Source: Octopus vulgaris (lineage: Eukaryota). Taken from it: a stretch of DNA of 64,000 nucleotides. The DNA lies in assembly GCA_951406725.2 (NCBI GenBank), contig OX597821.1, forward strand, positions 40,610,001-40,674,000, given 5' to 3'. The translations under genes and the position numbers were made by a program. Shown here in pieces: positions 14,101 to 26,584 of the stretch. The notes beneath the pieces are model-generated. The model was not told where the DNA came from, made no database searches, and saw nothing but the letters and a program-made list of their open reading frames with translations. Each line of letters begins with the position of its first letter. Position 1 is the first letter of the stretch.

Positions 14101-15979
14101 ACTAATAATAATAAATAATAATAATAAATGCCAGCAAAGCAGAAATTCCATCTTATAATTTATAACTTTCATATAAAAATGTTAAATCTTAATTGTCTCC
14201 AATTCTTCCAATTGCGTTATGTTCATTTATTTATTTAAACAATAAAAAAGCAAATGAAATTTAAAACAAAAATCGCAAAATAAATAAAAAAGAAGCAAAA
14301 AGCTACAAACATTTGACACTTTTGTAATGATGTTACTCAAACATATTTGGAGGTGGAATTTTTATATATTTTTCTCCACGGCTGTTTTGCTTTAAGTATC
14401 TCTTTAGCAGTGCAATTGTGCAAATATTTTAGTAATTCTATTTTGAAAGGAACTTAATATCCAACCTGAGTTACTTGTTCTTTGAGGGAGAAGGACGAGG
14501 AGGAGGAGGAGGAGGAGAAGGAGGAGGAGGGCCATTGTGGGTTTTCTTTTTCTTTTTCTTTGTCTTGTTGTTGGTTTTTGTTTTCTTTGACAGTTTGCAT
14601 GATTAAAGTGATTGTATTACTTAGTGAGTATTGTCTGCTGTTGATCATTTCAAGGGAACTGTACTGAATGATTAACTTACAGTTATTTACTCTTGCTGGT
14701 TTGTAAAATCAATTTATTGATTGCAGTCTCGCAGAAACTGTGTAAGATATGAAAACTAAAGAATTTTTCTATTACAAGGGAAATCTTCAAAGTTTAATTT
14801 TAATTGAATCAAGAGAAACAAATATAGAAACCTGAAAACAAAATTTTAAAATGAAATAAAATGTTGAAAAAAAAATAGCAAATTAAATTAAATAATAGAA
14901 AATTTTTTTTAAAAATGACTTAAAAGACGTTGTTAAAATTACATTTTTCTCTCCTTGTGGCAGGAAAGACGGCTGAAATTGCAGGATGCTGGTATGGTTG
15001 CAGATTAGATGTTTAGAGTTCAAATAGCAAATGAATTGATTTAGTTTTTTTCATCCTTTTTGATTCAATCATATATACTCCATCTTTCAAATGTTAAAAT
15101 AAAAATTGGTTTCAGCTTCTTTACTTCACTACTTTGGTTAGCACCTGAAATATATTCTTAAAAGATGCAGGGCTAATTGCATGAGTGCAATTTGTGCTGC
15201 ATCAAGTGAGCTATGACTCTGATAGGTTATTTTTTAAATGTGCTTCACAATAGTGACAGCTATCCCCAAATGGCTGAAAAGTCCAGAGATTTCCTGATGC
15301 ATCATCCAAGAACTCAATAACTTCAGATAACCTCATATAAAGGTATGTCATGCATTGTGCAAGCTGGCAGAAATGTTAGCACGCCAGACGAAATGCTTAG
15401 TAGTAGTTCATCTGCTGTTATGTTCTGAGTTCAAATTCTGCCGAGGTCGACTTTGCCTTTCATCCTTTCAGGGTCGATAAATTAAGTACCAGTTATGTAC
15501 TGGGGTCGATGTAATCGACTTAATCCGTTTGTCTGTCCCTGTTTGTCCCCTCTGTGTTTAGCCCCTTGTGGGTAGTAAAGAAATAGGTATGTTATGAATT
15601 GTGGTTTCAAAGTTACAATAAAATTATTGAAGGCATATGGCTACATGGTTAGGACATTGGGCACACAATCTTAAAGTCGTGAGTTAAAAACCTGGTAGTG
15701 TGCTATGTTCTTGAGTCAAATACTTTATTTCACATTCTTTTGTCTATTCAGCTAGAAAAAAGTGTTGTAACAGTTATTCAAAGAGCCTGTATTGTCATAT
15801 TCTTTGTCATGCTAAATCTCTCTGAGAACTAGGCTACATGTGTTTAAGTTACACGTGTTTGTGGAGAATTCGGTCACTTGCATGTTAATTTCATGAGCAG
15901 GTTGCTACATTGATTGGATCAACTGGAATGCTCATCATGCCAGTTATGATAAAATTAGAAGGCAGGATTAAAGATTCCT

Positions 15980-16338
15980 TTTGGAGTAAAGATTGTCTGC
16001 CAACATAACATGGCAGTCCTGGTTTAGGATGAATGTTGCTGTAATCTAGCCCCAGGAGACATCAATCTCCAGCTGGCTATACGAAACGATCTGTATCCTT
16101 ATATTTTCAAACAAGGGAATCTAGCACCATGACTCAACTCAAAATAACCCGGAAATCATGATACACAGATATTATTTTGAGCTAAGTAGGGGTGCTAGAT
16201 TCACTTGTGCGAAAATATAAGGACGCAGATCATGTTGTACAGCCAGCTGGAGATGATGTTTCCTGGGGTTAAATTACAGCAACATATGTCCTAAACCAGG
16301 ACTGCCATGTTATGTTGGCAAACAATCTTTACTCCAAA
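15980..16338. mobile_element. Long foldback/MITE-like element (~165 bp arms)
   Basis: TTTGGAGTAAAGATTG..GCCAACATAACATGGCAGTCCTGGTTTAGGA is the reverse complement of the right end. Short central spacer at about 16148-16170. Confidence 0.8.
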
Positions 16339-19300
16339 GTACTGTTGCTGAATATCTCTTGTTGTGAGATTTAAAAATGATAATTTTCTAATTTAAAGAT
16401 TCCTTGTCCATATTTTCCATTTTCCATTTTCCCTTCCTTGTTCATATTTGTCCATATTTCCCATTTTTTCGCTCAAAATTTCACTCCCTGAACAATTCCT
16501 CTTCATTGCTGATATCAACAGACTTGTTATGGAAGGCTTAACCTGACATGTTTCAACTTCAGATGCAAAACCACTGGCAAATGATATTACCCAACTTGAC
16601 GATGCTAACCAGAGTATATTGTGGCTATATCCTCGACTCGATTATTACATTTACTGATATGTTTCCCCAACTCATCATCTTTGATATGAGTTTTTGGTAG
16701 GCGTTCACTGATGTAATGAAAAGTTTAATTTTTGTATCTGATAGTCTTATGGAATTTTCTGGAACATTTTAGCAAGCTTATAAAAACCCCAGAGATCAGT
16801 TCTCCACTGAAATTGTTTTTGTTCTGGTTGAAAGTTATTCCTGTGTTAATAAGAACTCTTTGAACTACCATTGTTTGTCAATTTTATTATTTCTTAATTC
16901 AAAAACATAACATAGGGAAAATACAACAAAAGGTACATTGTGTGTCTTCAGAGGTTTAGTATTAGTAATAAACATTTTTGACAATAATTCTTTGTTCTCA
17001 ACTCATTATTATTGATTACTCAACATATCAATCACAACACAACTACATCCCTTCAATACAACTGAAACTTTTGAAAGAGAGGATCAGTCAATAACCGCAT
17101 TGATTTACTTAACTGTTCTCTCCTCTATAATTTGTGATGTGCCAATGTAAGTAACTACTGTCATTATTATTATTGGTTTCAAATTCTGGCAGGCACAAGG
17201 CCAACGATTTTGAGGGGAGAGGGATAAGTCGATTTTATTGACCCCAGTGTTGAACTGGTACTATTTTATCGACTCTGAAAGGATGCAAGGCTAAGTCAAC
17301 GACAGCAGAATATGAACTCAGAACGCAAAGACAGACAAAATACTGATGAGCATTTTCCCCACCATGATAAAATCTCTGCCAGCTCACTCTCTTTATCATT
17401 ATTGATAATAAATTTGGTCAGCTGGCGGAATCATTAAAACATTGGAATAAATGTTAACAATGTTTTTTTGTAGCTTTTTACATTCAAATCCTGTTGAGGT
17501 CAACTTTGTCTTTCATCCTTTTTGAGTTGAATAAAATAAAGTACCAGTCATGAACTGTGGCTGATGCTATTGACTTATACCCCTTCAGCAAAACTGTTGA
17601 TCTTGTGCCAAAATTAGAAGGAATTATTAACAAAGCAGTGAAAGGCAGTGAGCGGGCAGAATCGTTAGCCTGGTGGGAAAAATGGTTAGCGATAGTTCAT
17701 CCGTCACTGTGTTCTGAGTTCGAAATCTGCTGAGATCGACTTTGCCTTTCATCCATTTGGGGTTGATAAATTAAGTACCAGTGAAATACTGGAGTTGATG
17801 TAATGGACTTAACCACCTTCCCACAAAATTTCAGGCATTGTGCCTAGAGTAGAAAGGATTATTAAAACTATGACATACTTCAAATAGTGGAGCACTAAAA
17901 TGAAAATGATTCAATATTTCTTTAAATGTCTTAACATCCTGAGTTCAAATCCACTGCCAATACCAGGACTGCCAAAATGCAGGATTATTTACAAAATTCC
18001 TGCCTTCTAGAATATATGAATATAGATTATGTGTATGTATATAACTTCATTATATAAATACACTTCTATAAAATGATCTTAACAGAATGGATTTTTAAAT
18101 TTGTGACACTAGAATAACCAAAACTTAGATAAAGATTTCTGAAATGATCAATTCTTGTGAGGTGACCAATCACACTTTTTTGACATAAGTTGCTGTTAGT
18201 GAGTATGTCCAAGTTTTGAATGACACTTCTCTGCTGCAGGTTCTTCAAATGGATGTAGAACCAGCTCACAGCACACATATCTCCAATCTCTGCTTTTATG
18301 TTGCCTGATCTTTTCTTTCTTCATATAAATTCAGAGGAATTATTTGAAAATGGTTAGTAACTTTAGCAAGATGAAGACAAATTATTAAAATGTATGTTTA
18401 TGGAGAAATGTTATTCTGTTGTGATTTCTTCATAATTTGTCCAAAGTCTTATGGGATTTGCTGAAGACAGATTTCTGACATTTTCTATTCCAACAACAAT
18501 TTCATCCATAAATTAAGTTTACCTCTTCTGGTTTCCATTATCAAAGACATTATAAAATGATTTCAAGTTGCACATATTTAGTTGATTTCTTTTTGGCATT
18601 TTCATACTCACACACACACACACACACACACACATGTTGAGAGTGTATGAGAGATAGAGAGAGAGAGAGAGAGAGAGAAACACATTAATGCGGTTACATC
18701 ATCTCTCCACAGAGGCCTACTCATAGCAAAGCTATTCTCACTTGTCATGTATTCCTTTAATGAGCAGTTGACAAGATTACTTCCACAAATTTTCTTACAA
18801 TCTGTTTTTAGAAATGTTTGGTTTAAAGTAGCTGAATCGATGAAGCATCAAATTCTTGCACCATGAGTTCAAATCATATTGGCATTTTCGCTGGTGTTAC
18901 TGTTGATTTCAGTGGTAATTAATAGTTCATGATCAGAAAGATACAGGTTCAATTTCCGGGCTTGGTGGCATAGTGTCTCTTTTTGCCCAAGACCCTTTAT
19001 ATTATGCTACCTCAGTCTACTCATCTCATAATGACCACCAGTGAATTTCTTGTGCATGTTTCTCTCCCTGTACCAGTCACATCTTGGGTGTTTCATGGAG
19101 TCAATTGGAGGAGGACGAAGGGAGTATGCATCTGCATGCAGCTACATCAAAATCTTAAGGAAGGTTCATGGCTTAATGTTTCAAGTATTCCACTCACAAT
19201 TGGAACGTCATGAGTTCAAATCCTGGCTGTGTGTGGTCTCTTTGAGCAAGACACTTTATTTCATGTTGCTCCAGCTGGCAAAAGTGAGCTGTACTTGCAA

Positions 19301-20409
19301 TTCAAAGGGACAGCCTTGTCATATTCTCTGATATGCAGAGTCTCTTTGAGAACTATTTTAAGGTTACATATGTTTGTGGAGTACCCAACCACTTGTATGT
19401 TAATTTCATGAGCAGGCTGTTTCATTGATCAGATGTCGTAAGCAATGAAGTGCCACTTTTTCACAACAAAAAACCTGAAAAGTTTTGCAAAAGGATCATA
19501 CGTTATGAAACCCTTCACAATTTCTAGTGATAGCTAAGTTGCTATTATTTGTACATTCGGACAAACAGCAGATTAAAAAATGGATTTAAATGAGGTTTTT
19601 AAATGTATTCTGCTGGAATTATGGGCATGGTGCTTCCTGAAGATTTTAGGGCTTCAAATATGTGGACTTTGTTTTAAAGGAGATTAGGTGATCCTTTGGG
19701 GAAATTTAGACACATTTCAGAGCAAACTGTAATTATACACATATACACACATGCATACATACATACATACATACATACATACATACATACATACATACAT
19801 ACATACATACATACATACATACATACATACATACATACAGTGGTGGTGGCAGTGGTGGTGGAAGCAGCAGTAGTAGCAGTGGTGGTCATGGTGGTAGTGA
19901 TGGTTCTTGCAGTGGTGGTGGTGGTTGTGGTGGTGGTGGTTGTGGTGGCGGTGGTGCTGTATATCTCATGTTCTATAAAATCTCTTGTATTCATTTGCAT
20001 ACATGTCATTCTAGTTGAGATGTTTTGGTGTGAGGAAGAATGGACAATTAGGAAAGAGCTGAAATATTTTACTGGAATTACCAACTTTACCCAAGCTATG
20101 GTAACATAAGCACACACACATACACACACACACATCCACATACACACAGAGACATACACATGCATACATACACACACACATACACATACAAACAGAGACA
20201 TACACACAGACATACACATGCACACACATACACGCAGAGATATACCCACACACAGACACACAGAGAAACACATGCACACACACCTACACACACTTATACA
20301 TATACACACATTTGATCATACACTCACAAAATTATTTTAGAGTTTCTCGATTCTGAAGAGATGGCTAGCAATGCTGATATTGTTGATGTTGGTAAAGGTA
20401 ATCATTATT

Positions 20410-20462
20410 ATATGACGACGACGATGATGACGACGATGGTCGTAATAGTGATGATGACGATA

Positions 20463-20509
<47 letters not shown>

Positions 20510-20960
20510 AGTAGTAGTAGATGATGATGATGATGATGATAGTAGTAGTGATGATGGTGATGATGATGATGATGATGATAGTAGTAGTAGTGATGATGAT
20601 GATGATGATGATGATAGTAGTAGTGATGATGGTGATGATGATGATGACGATAATGGTGATGATGATGATGATGATGACGACAACAATGATGATGAGGATG
20701 ATGAGGATGATGAGGATAATAATGATGAGGAGGATGACGACTAAGGTGATGTCAATGAATACAAAGTTGATGATGAGAATGACATGGCAATGATGAAAAC
20801 AACGACGGTGTTGATGATGATGATTATGATGATGATAATGATTATGATGATGAAGAGGCTGCTGCTGCTGCTGATGATGATGATGATGGCAGCAATGATG
20901 AGGATTGTGGTTATGATGACGATGATGATGATCAATGATGCTGCCGATGCTGATGGTGGT
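20410..20960. repeat. Compound (GAT)n/(TAG)n trinucleotide microsatellite
   Basis: Directly visible. Similar tracts at 25934-26265, 38740-39142, 29871-30067 and 61020-61310. Confidence 0.9.
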
Positions 20961-22448
20961 AACAGTAACCCTTGAAGCAATATCGTCTCCGGCATCAGTG
21001 TGCTGCCACCTTTGAGTAATTATGCAATTGATATCATTTGATGTTTTCATTAGTTCTTCTTGAAAGGATTCCTTGACGAAAGCTATCTTGTTACAATGTT
21101 TTTGCATTAAAACCAAAACTACACAAATGAGCGCTGATCACTCTTTCGTCGTTTGTTACAGATGAAGTAATTAATATTTGTGTGAAAAGACAACAAATTA
21201 TAAAAATTAAATTACAAAAAAAACAACAAATATCTATAAAAAACAAACCAAACACACACATATTCTCTCCCCCTTTCTCTCTCTCTCTCTCCCTTTCTTC
21301 ATCTCTTTACCTCTTCAGCCCTTTATCCCTCTTCTCTCTGTCTATTTTTCTCTTACACACACACACACACACACACACCAACCCACACATACACACACTC
21401 TCATGGAGCTAAAATCTAAACTAAAGTCTCTGTTCCTCACCAAAGTTATTAATTTTCTGTTTACCTTTGTCTGGCATTCTTGAGATAAAATGGTAATAAA
21501 TGGTTCCATGTAATCTGGAGGATTAGGGGAAATTTTTACAAGATAAATCAGGAAATCCAATACAAAGTATAAAGGGCTCATATTAATTATTTCCACCCAA
21601 AAACAGTTTAATACATTAATCCCATAAAGCTCCCCTAAACAAATTCTACAACGATGCTTGGTATGTCAAAATATTTGGAAAATAATTCCATTCTTTTGTC
21701 TTTTACATATTTTTTTCATCTTTGACATCTTCAGCATCTTCAGCAAGTGTCTTTTACTGTAGCAAAGAGTTATCCAATATCTTGTGAATAACATTTGATA
21801 TTTGGCAGATAGGAACCACACAGATGTCTCCTGCTAAATATCTATTTCTTTACTACCCACAAGGGGCTACACACAGAGGGGACAAGCAAGGACAGACAAA
21901 CGGATTAAGTCGATTATACTGACCCCAGTGCGTAACTGGTACTTATTTAATCGACCCCGAAAGGATGAAAGGCAAAGTCGACCTCGGCGGAATTTGAACT
22001 CAAAACGTAAAGACAGACGAAATACTGCTAAGCATTTCGGCCGGCATGCTAACGTTTCTGCCAGCTCACCCATCATCATCATTTAACATCTGTTTTCCAT
22101 GTTAGCATGGGTTGGACAGTTTGATAGGAGCTGGCCAGCTGGAGAGCTGTCTGGGTCCTATTTGTCTGTTGTAGTATGGTTTCTATGGCTGGATGTCCTT
22201 CCTAACACCAATCACAGACCTGTACTAGGCACTTCTATATGGCACTGTCTTGGGTGCTTTTACATAACGCCAGCACTGGTTGTGGGAGTGAGAAACAGGA
22301 GAAGGAAGACATTGCTCTTATGGTTATTATTATTCTTTCTTATTATCACAGGTTTTGTTAGAACTCATGGAGTTTTGCATATGTAGTGGGCTTGCTACCT
22401 GCAGCCTATGATACCATGCTATTTGTGCTTTTCAACTATTTAATACTT

Positions 22449-22598
22449 ACATTATTTTCATTATTTACATTATTTACATTTGACTGATATTTGTCCTAAT
22501 CTTGTTTGTTGTTAACACAACGTTTCGGCTGATATACACTCCAGCCTTCATCAGGTGTCTTGGGAAATTTCGAACCCGGTTCCTAAGGTATTTTTCGA

Positions 22599-22669
<71 letters not shown>

Positions 22670-22742
22670 TCACTACCTGAAATCAAATTCGGAATCTTGG
22701 GGCTACTAACCCCAAGATTCCAAGTTCAATTCTAGGCAGTGA

Positions 22743-22805
<63 letters not shown>

Positions 22806-22983
22806 CAATAACAACAACAACATCGAAAAATACCTTAGGAATGAGAACCCAGGATTGAAAGAGGCTGGAGGGTATATCAGCCGAAACATTGTGTTAACAA
22901 CAAACAAGATGAGGACAAATATCCGTCAAATGTAAATAATGTAAGTAATGTCCATAATTCCTCATCTCTTAAATATAGAACTG
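22449..22983. mobile_element. Foldback tRNA-head/(TAA)n/hammerhead short retroelement (candidate Penelope-mobilised SINE), copy A
   Basis: The two arms are reverse complements pivoting on CTTGGGGCTACTAACCCCAAG (about 22697-22717). 12 bp TSD TATTTAATACTT at 22437-22448 and 22984-22995. Hammerhead core in the left arm. Confidence 0.85.
22514..22559 (-). ncRNA. Minimal type I hammerhead ribozyme
   Basis: Minus strand reads GACAC-CTGATGA-A-GGCTG(gagtgtatat)CAGCC-GAAAC-GTT-GTGTT. Conserved core CUGAUGA/GAAA, stem II GGCTG/CAGCC, palindromic minimal stem III (AACGTT) and stem I GACAC/GTGTT. Confidence 0.8.
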
Positions 22984-23316
22984 TATTTAATACTTTCCTG
23001 ATTAGTCTGGCCACACAGCTTCCAACGTAGCCCTTTTGCTATCTTATCATGTCACCACATCTTTTAGTGGATTTGGATATGTCTACATTCGTGATATGGG
23101 CAATTGTTTCATTCAAACTATTTCAGATGTGGCACAGTGGAGACACTTACTCATTCCTAAGGTTGACCATCCAATTCATGGCCAAAGCTTTGTCTTGCAC
23201 TACCAGTATGGTGCTCTCAGTTTCTTTTTTTAGAGTTTCTTTCATCAGCCAGTCCCACCTATATTTTCCAACAACTTATTATTATTATTAATATTATTAT
23301 TATTATTATTATTATT

Positions 23317-23774
23317 GAGTGAGAGATCAGTGCATGCCATCAAAGTGACACTGGGGTAAAATATACGAAGCCCAGTATACCCATCATGACTACCCATCTG
23401 ATAAGGGTACACTAGGCACATGCATCACAATCATATGTGTGCTACATGGTGATCTCATATCAAGATAAACAGCGCATGACCTTACAGGTGGGGCCCAAAT
23501 AGTATTTTCTTCTGGTCGAGTAGCCCATCCCGCTCAAAAAGTCCCTGAATAAGGATTTTTTATGGTTGTTGAACGAAACACCCATGTTTCCAAAGGTGAA
23601 TTATCCAAACCTCTAAGAATTCCTTTCAGCATACGGCTATGATGATCCCCCACTACTTCTGCTCGTGATCAGAGATGCACATATTGTCAGTCACTAAGGG
23701 ACATGCTCAACTGGTTACGGTCAAACAACTGACATGTAAATCTGTGGTATTGAGCAGAATATTTGCTGTAGCCC
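23317..23774 (-). mobile_element. 5'-truncated copy of the TAA-embedded non-coding element
   Basis: Reverse complement of 9906-10365, with (TTA)n immediately on both sides. Confidence 0.8.
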
Positions 23775-23784
23775 ATTATTATTA

Positions 23785-23827
<43 letters not shown>

Positions 23828-24672
23828 CATTATTATTATTTCTTCTGTCATATGCCTACTTCTTATTTTTGAAACAGGATGTGATTTCCAAACCAATCAG
23901 AATCCATTCTGACTGCTGCTGGTGCTGGTGCTGCTGTTAGTACAGTTTGCTATTAAACATGGACATTTCTAACTGAGAACATCAGCAATTGAATCTAATT
24001 AATAATATTAATATAATAGTGAAGCACATCATTATCTGAATGATTAATATTAATCTAATCCATTCAAGAAGTATGGGAGACAATTCTGTACATGTTTGCA
24101 TGTTATTAAACCTCCTCAGCAAATCATAGATTTTGCCATTATTAATTATTGATTGGGTATCACAAAGTTGGATGATAATAATCATAATCTAAGTAGTCTT
24201 GGACAGTTAGTGTATTTGGAAAAACTAATCACTGAAGTTATTTACTCAGAGCTTCCATCTGCATTGAAAAGTGACAGTTAAGTAAGGATGAATATTTATT
24301 CAATACAGAAAATCAAAAATTTAATTAGAAACGAGAAGACATCAAGTCAATTAGTAATATTTTAATCACCATATTTACTGAAGTAATAGTTAATGAGTCA
24401 TTAAGTTGGATTATCATATTATAATCTTCTTGTTCTAATCTTTAATTTGATTGCACCTACTTCAAGACTCTGAAGATCTTGAATCAATTTAACTAATATA
24501 AAATAAAAGAAAAGATTGCTTATATTTTCCATAATGTTGATTAAATATATTTTTGAAAGGCAAAAATCATTGGCGCTAAATAGAATTTTCACTTCAACAT
24601 TCTCAAATTATTTTGCTAAAAAAGAATTCCGTAGAATTATTGTAAAAGTTCAAACCATGTTAAAGGAGATAA

Positions 24673-25300
24673 TGTGTGTGCGTGTGTGTATGTGTGTGTG
24701 TGCATGTCTATGTAAGTGTGTGTTGTATGTGTGTATGTTTGTGTGTGTGAGTATGGGCGTGTGTGAGTGTCTGTGTGTATTGTATGTGCGTATGTTTGTG
24801 TGCATGTCTATGTAAGTGTGTGTTGTATGTGTGTATATTTGTGTGTGTGTCTGTGTGTATTGTATGTGCGTATGTTTGTGTGCATGTCTATGTAAGTGTG
24901 TGTTGTATGTGTGTATATTTGTATGTGTGTATGTTTGTATGTGCGAGCATGGGCATTTGTGTGTCTGTTTGTTGTATGTGTGCATGTTTGTGTGTATGAG
25001 TATGAGCTTGTGTGTGTGTGTGTTTGTGTATGTGCATATGTGTGTGTTTGTGTGTATGAGTATGGGCATGTGTGTGCATATTTGTGTGTGTGTATGTGTG
25101 TTGCATGTGTATATGTTTGTGTGAATGAGTATGTGTGTTTGTGTCTGTGTCTATGTGTGCGCCATTGTGTGTATGTGTATGTGCTTGTGTCTGTGTCTAT
25201 GTGTGCGTATTTGTGTTTGTGTGTGTATGTGTGTGTGTTTGTGTCTGTGTGTATGTGTGTGTATTTGTGTGTGTATGTGTGTGTGCATGCATGTGTGTTT
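24673..25300. repeat. Degenerate (TG)n low-complexity tract with internal duplications
   Basis: TGCATGTCTATGTAAGTGTGTGTTGTATGTGTGTAT occurs three times (about 24701, 24801, 24881). Confidence 0.85.
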
Positions 25301-25598
25301 CTGTTCCTGTCTTGTATGTAAGTTTGGACAGTAAAGCATTTTAGTATTTCAACACCAAATATAGTCTTGCAGTTTTGCTGAAGGAAGTGTGTAAGATCTG
25401 TGCATCAGGTTCTAAGCAGCATGGTGCAACTAATAAGCTGCAGTTTTGTACTTTCCGTGGCTTGCATGAGAGTTCATAGAACTCTGAAATCACCATCAAG
25501 TGCTCTTAGCCATGAGGAAAAGGGGCTCTTAGTGCATGCGAGTGTATTTTATTTTGTAAATTGGTGTCAACTTCACAGTTTTTAACAAGATACTAATA

Positions 25599-25686
25599 TA
25601 TGCCCACAAGTATATAGCATAATGGTTAAGAGTGCAGGCTACCAACCCCAAGATTCCAAGTTCAATTCCAAGCAGTGCATTGAATA

Positions 25687-25759
<73 letters not shown>

Positions 25760-25908
25760 TCAACAAAAAATACCTTCGGAATGAGAATCCAGAGTTGGGT
25801 TCAAAATTCTAACGGAACAGTGGAGGCTGGAGAGTAAATCAGCTTAAACGTTGTGGTGACAACAAAGAAGATGAGGACACATATCCGTCCAGTGTAAATT
25901 TAGTAAAT
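25599..25908 (+). mobile_element. Monomeric, older copy (C) of the tRNA-head/(TAA)n/hammerhead element
   Basis: A box TAGCATAATGG (25615), B box GTTCAATTCC (25660-25669), (TAA)n, and a degenerate ribozyme region GGAGGCTGGAGAGTAAATCAGCTTAAACGTTG. Direct repeat AAGATACTAATA at 25587-25598 and 25909-25920. Confidence 0.7.
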
Positions 25909-26584
25909 AAGATACTAATACACCCACACAGTATCATCATCATCATTGCCATTCTTGTTGTCATCGTCATTACTGTCATCATCATCATCATCATTGTCAT
26001 CATCCTCATAATCATTGTCGTCATCATCTTCATTATCATCATTATTGTCATTATCCTCATCGTTGTCATCGTCATCGATGTCATCATCATCACAATCTTC
26101 ATTCTCATCATCATCACTGTCATCATCATCGCAATCAGCATCGTCATTGTCATTGACCCCATCATCATCATCATCATCATCATTATCATCGTCATCATCA
26201 TCACCATATCAATCATCATCATCATCATCATCATCATCTTCATCGTCCTTGTCATCGTCATCATTGTCTTTACATCCATGACTGCTTGGGTCAGAGAGAA
26301 TTCCTCAAGACCGATTTTCCATGGCCCATTTCCCTTTCTTTTGCTGTCCTTCATCTCTTTCCAAACAATATTTCCCCAAAACTGGTCTTGTTTTCCCTGA
26401 AAACTAGAAACGAACAACACCACTCATGTGATGGTGATGCTTCTTTACAGCTGTCACACCATGTCAAGAAAGGAGACACATGCACACACACACACACACA
26501 CACACACAAAACACACACATACATGACTGATTTTATTCAGTTTCCTTGTAATAAACTCAGAATGTTTTGGTTGACCTGAGGTTA

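Noticed and set aside
16440-16780. Very old RTE-like RT remnant
   Set aside because: Only faint resemblance (LDDA, GYIL). Too degraded to support by eye.
19674-21116. Long low-complexity ORFs (poly-His/Ile/Met/Asp, YI and CV repeats), here and throughout the window
   Set aside because: These are translations of di- and trinucleotide microsatellites.
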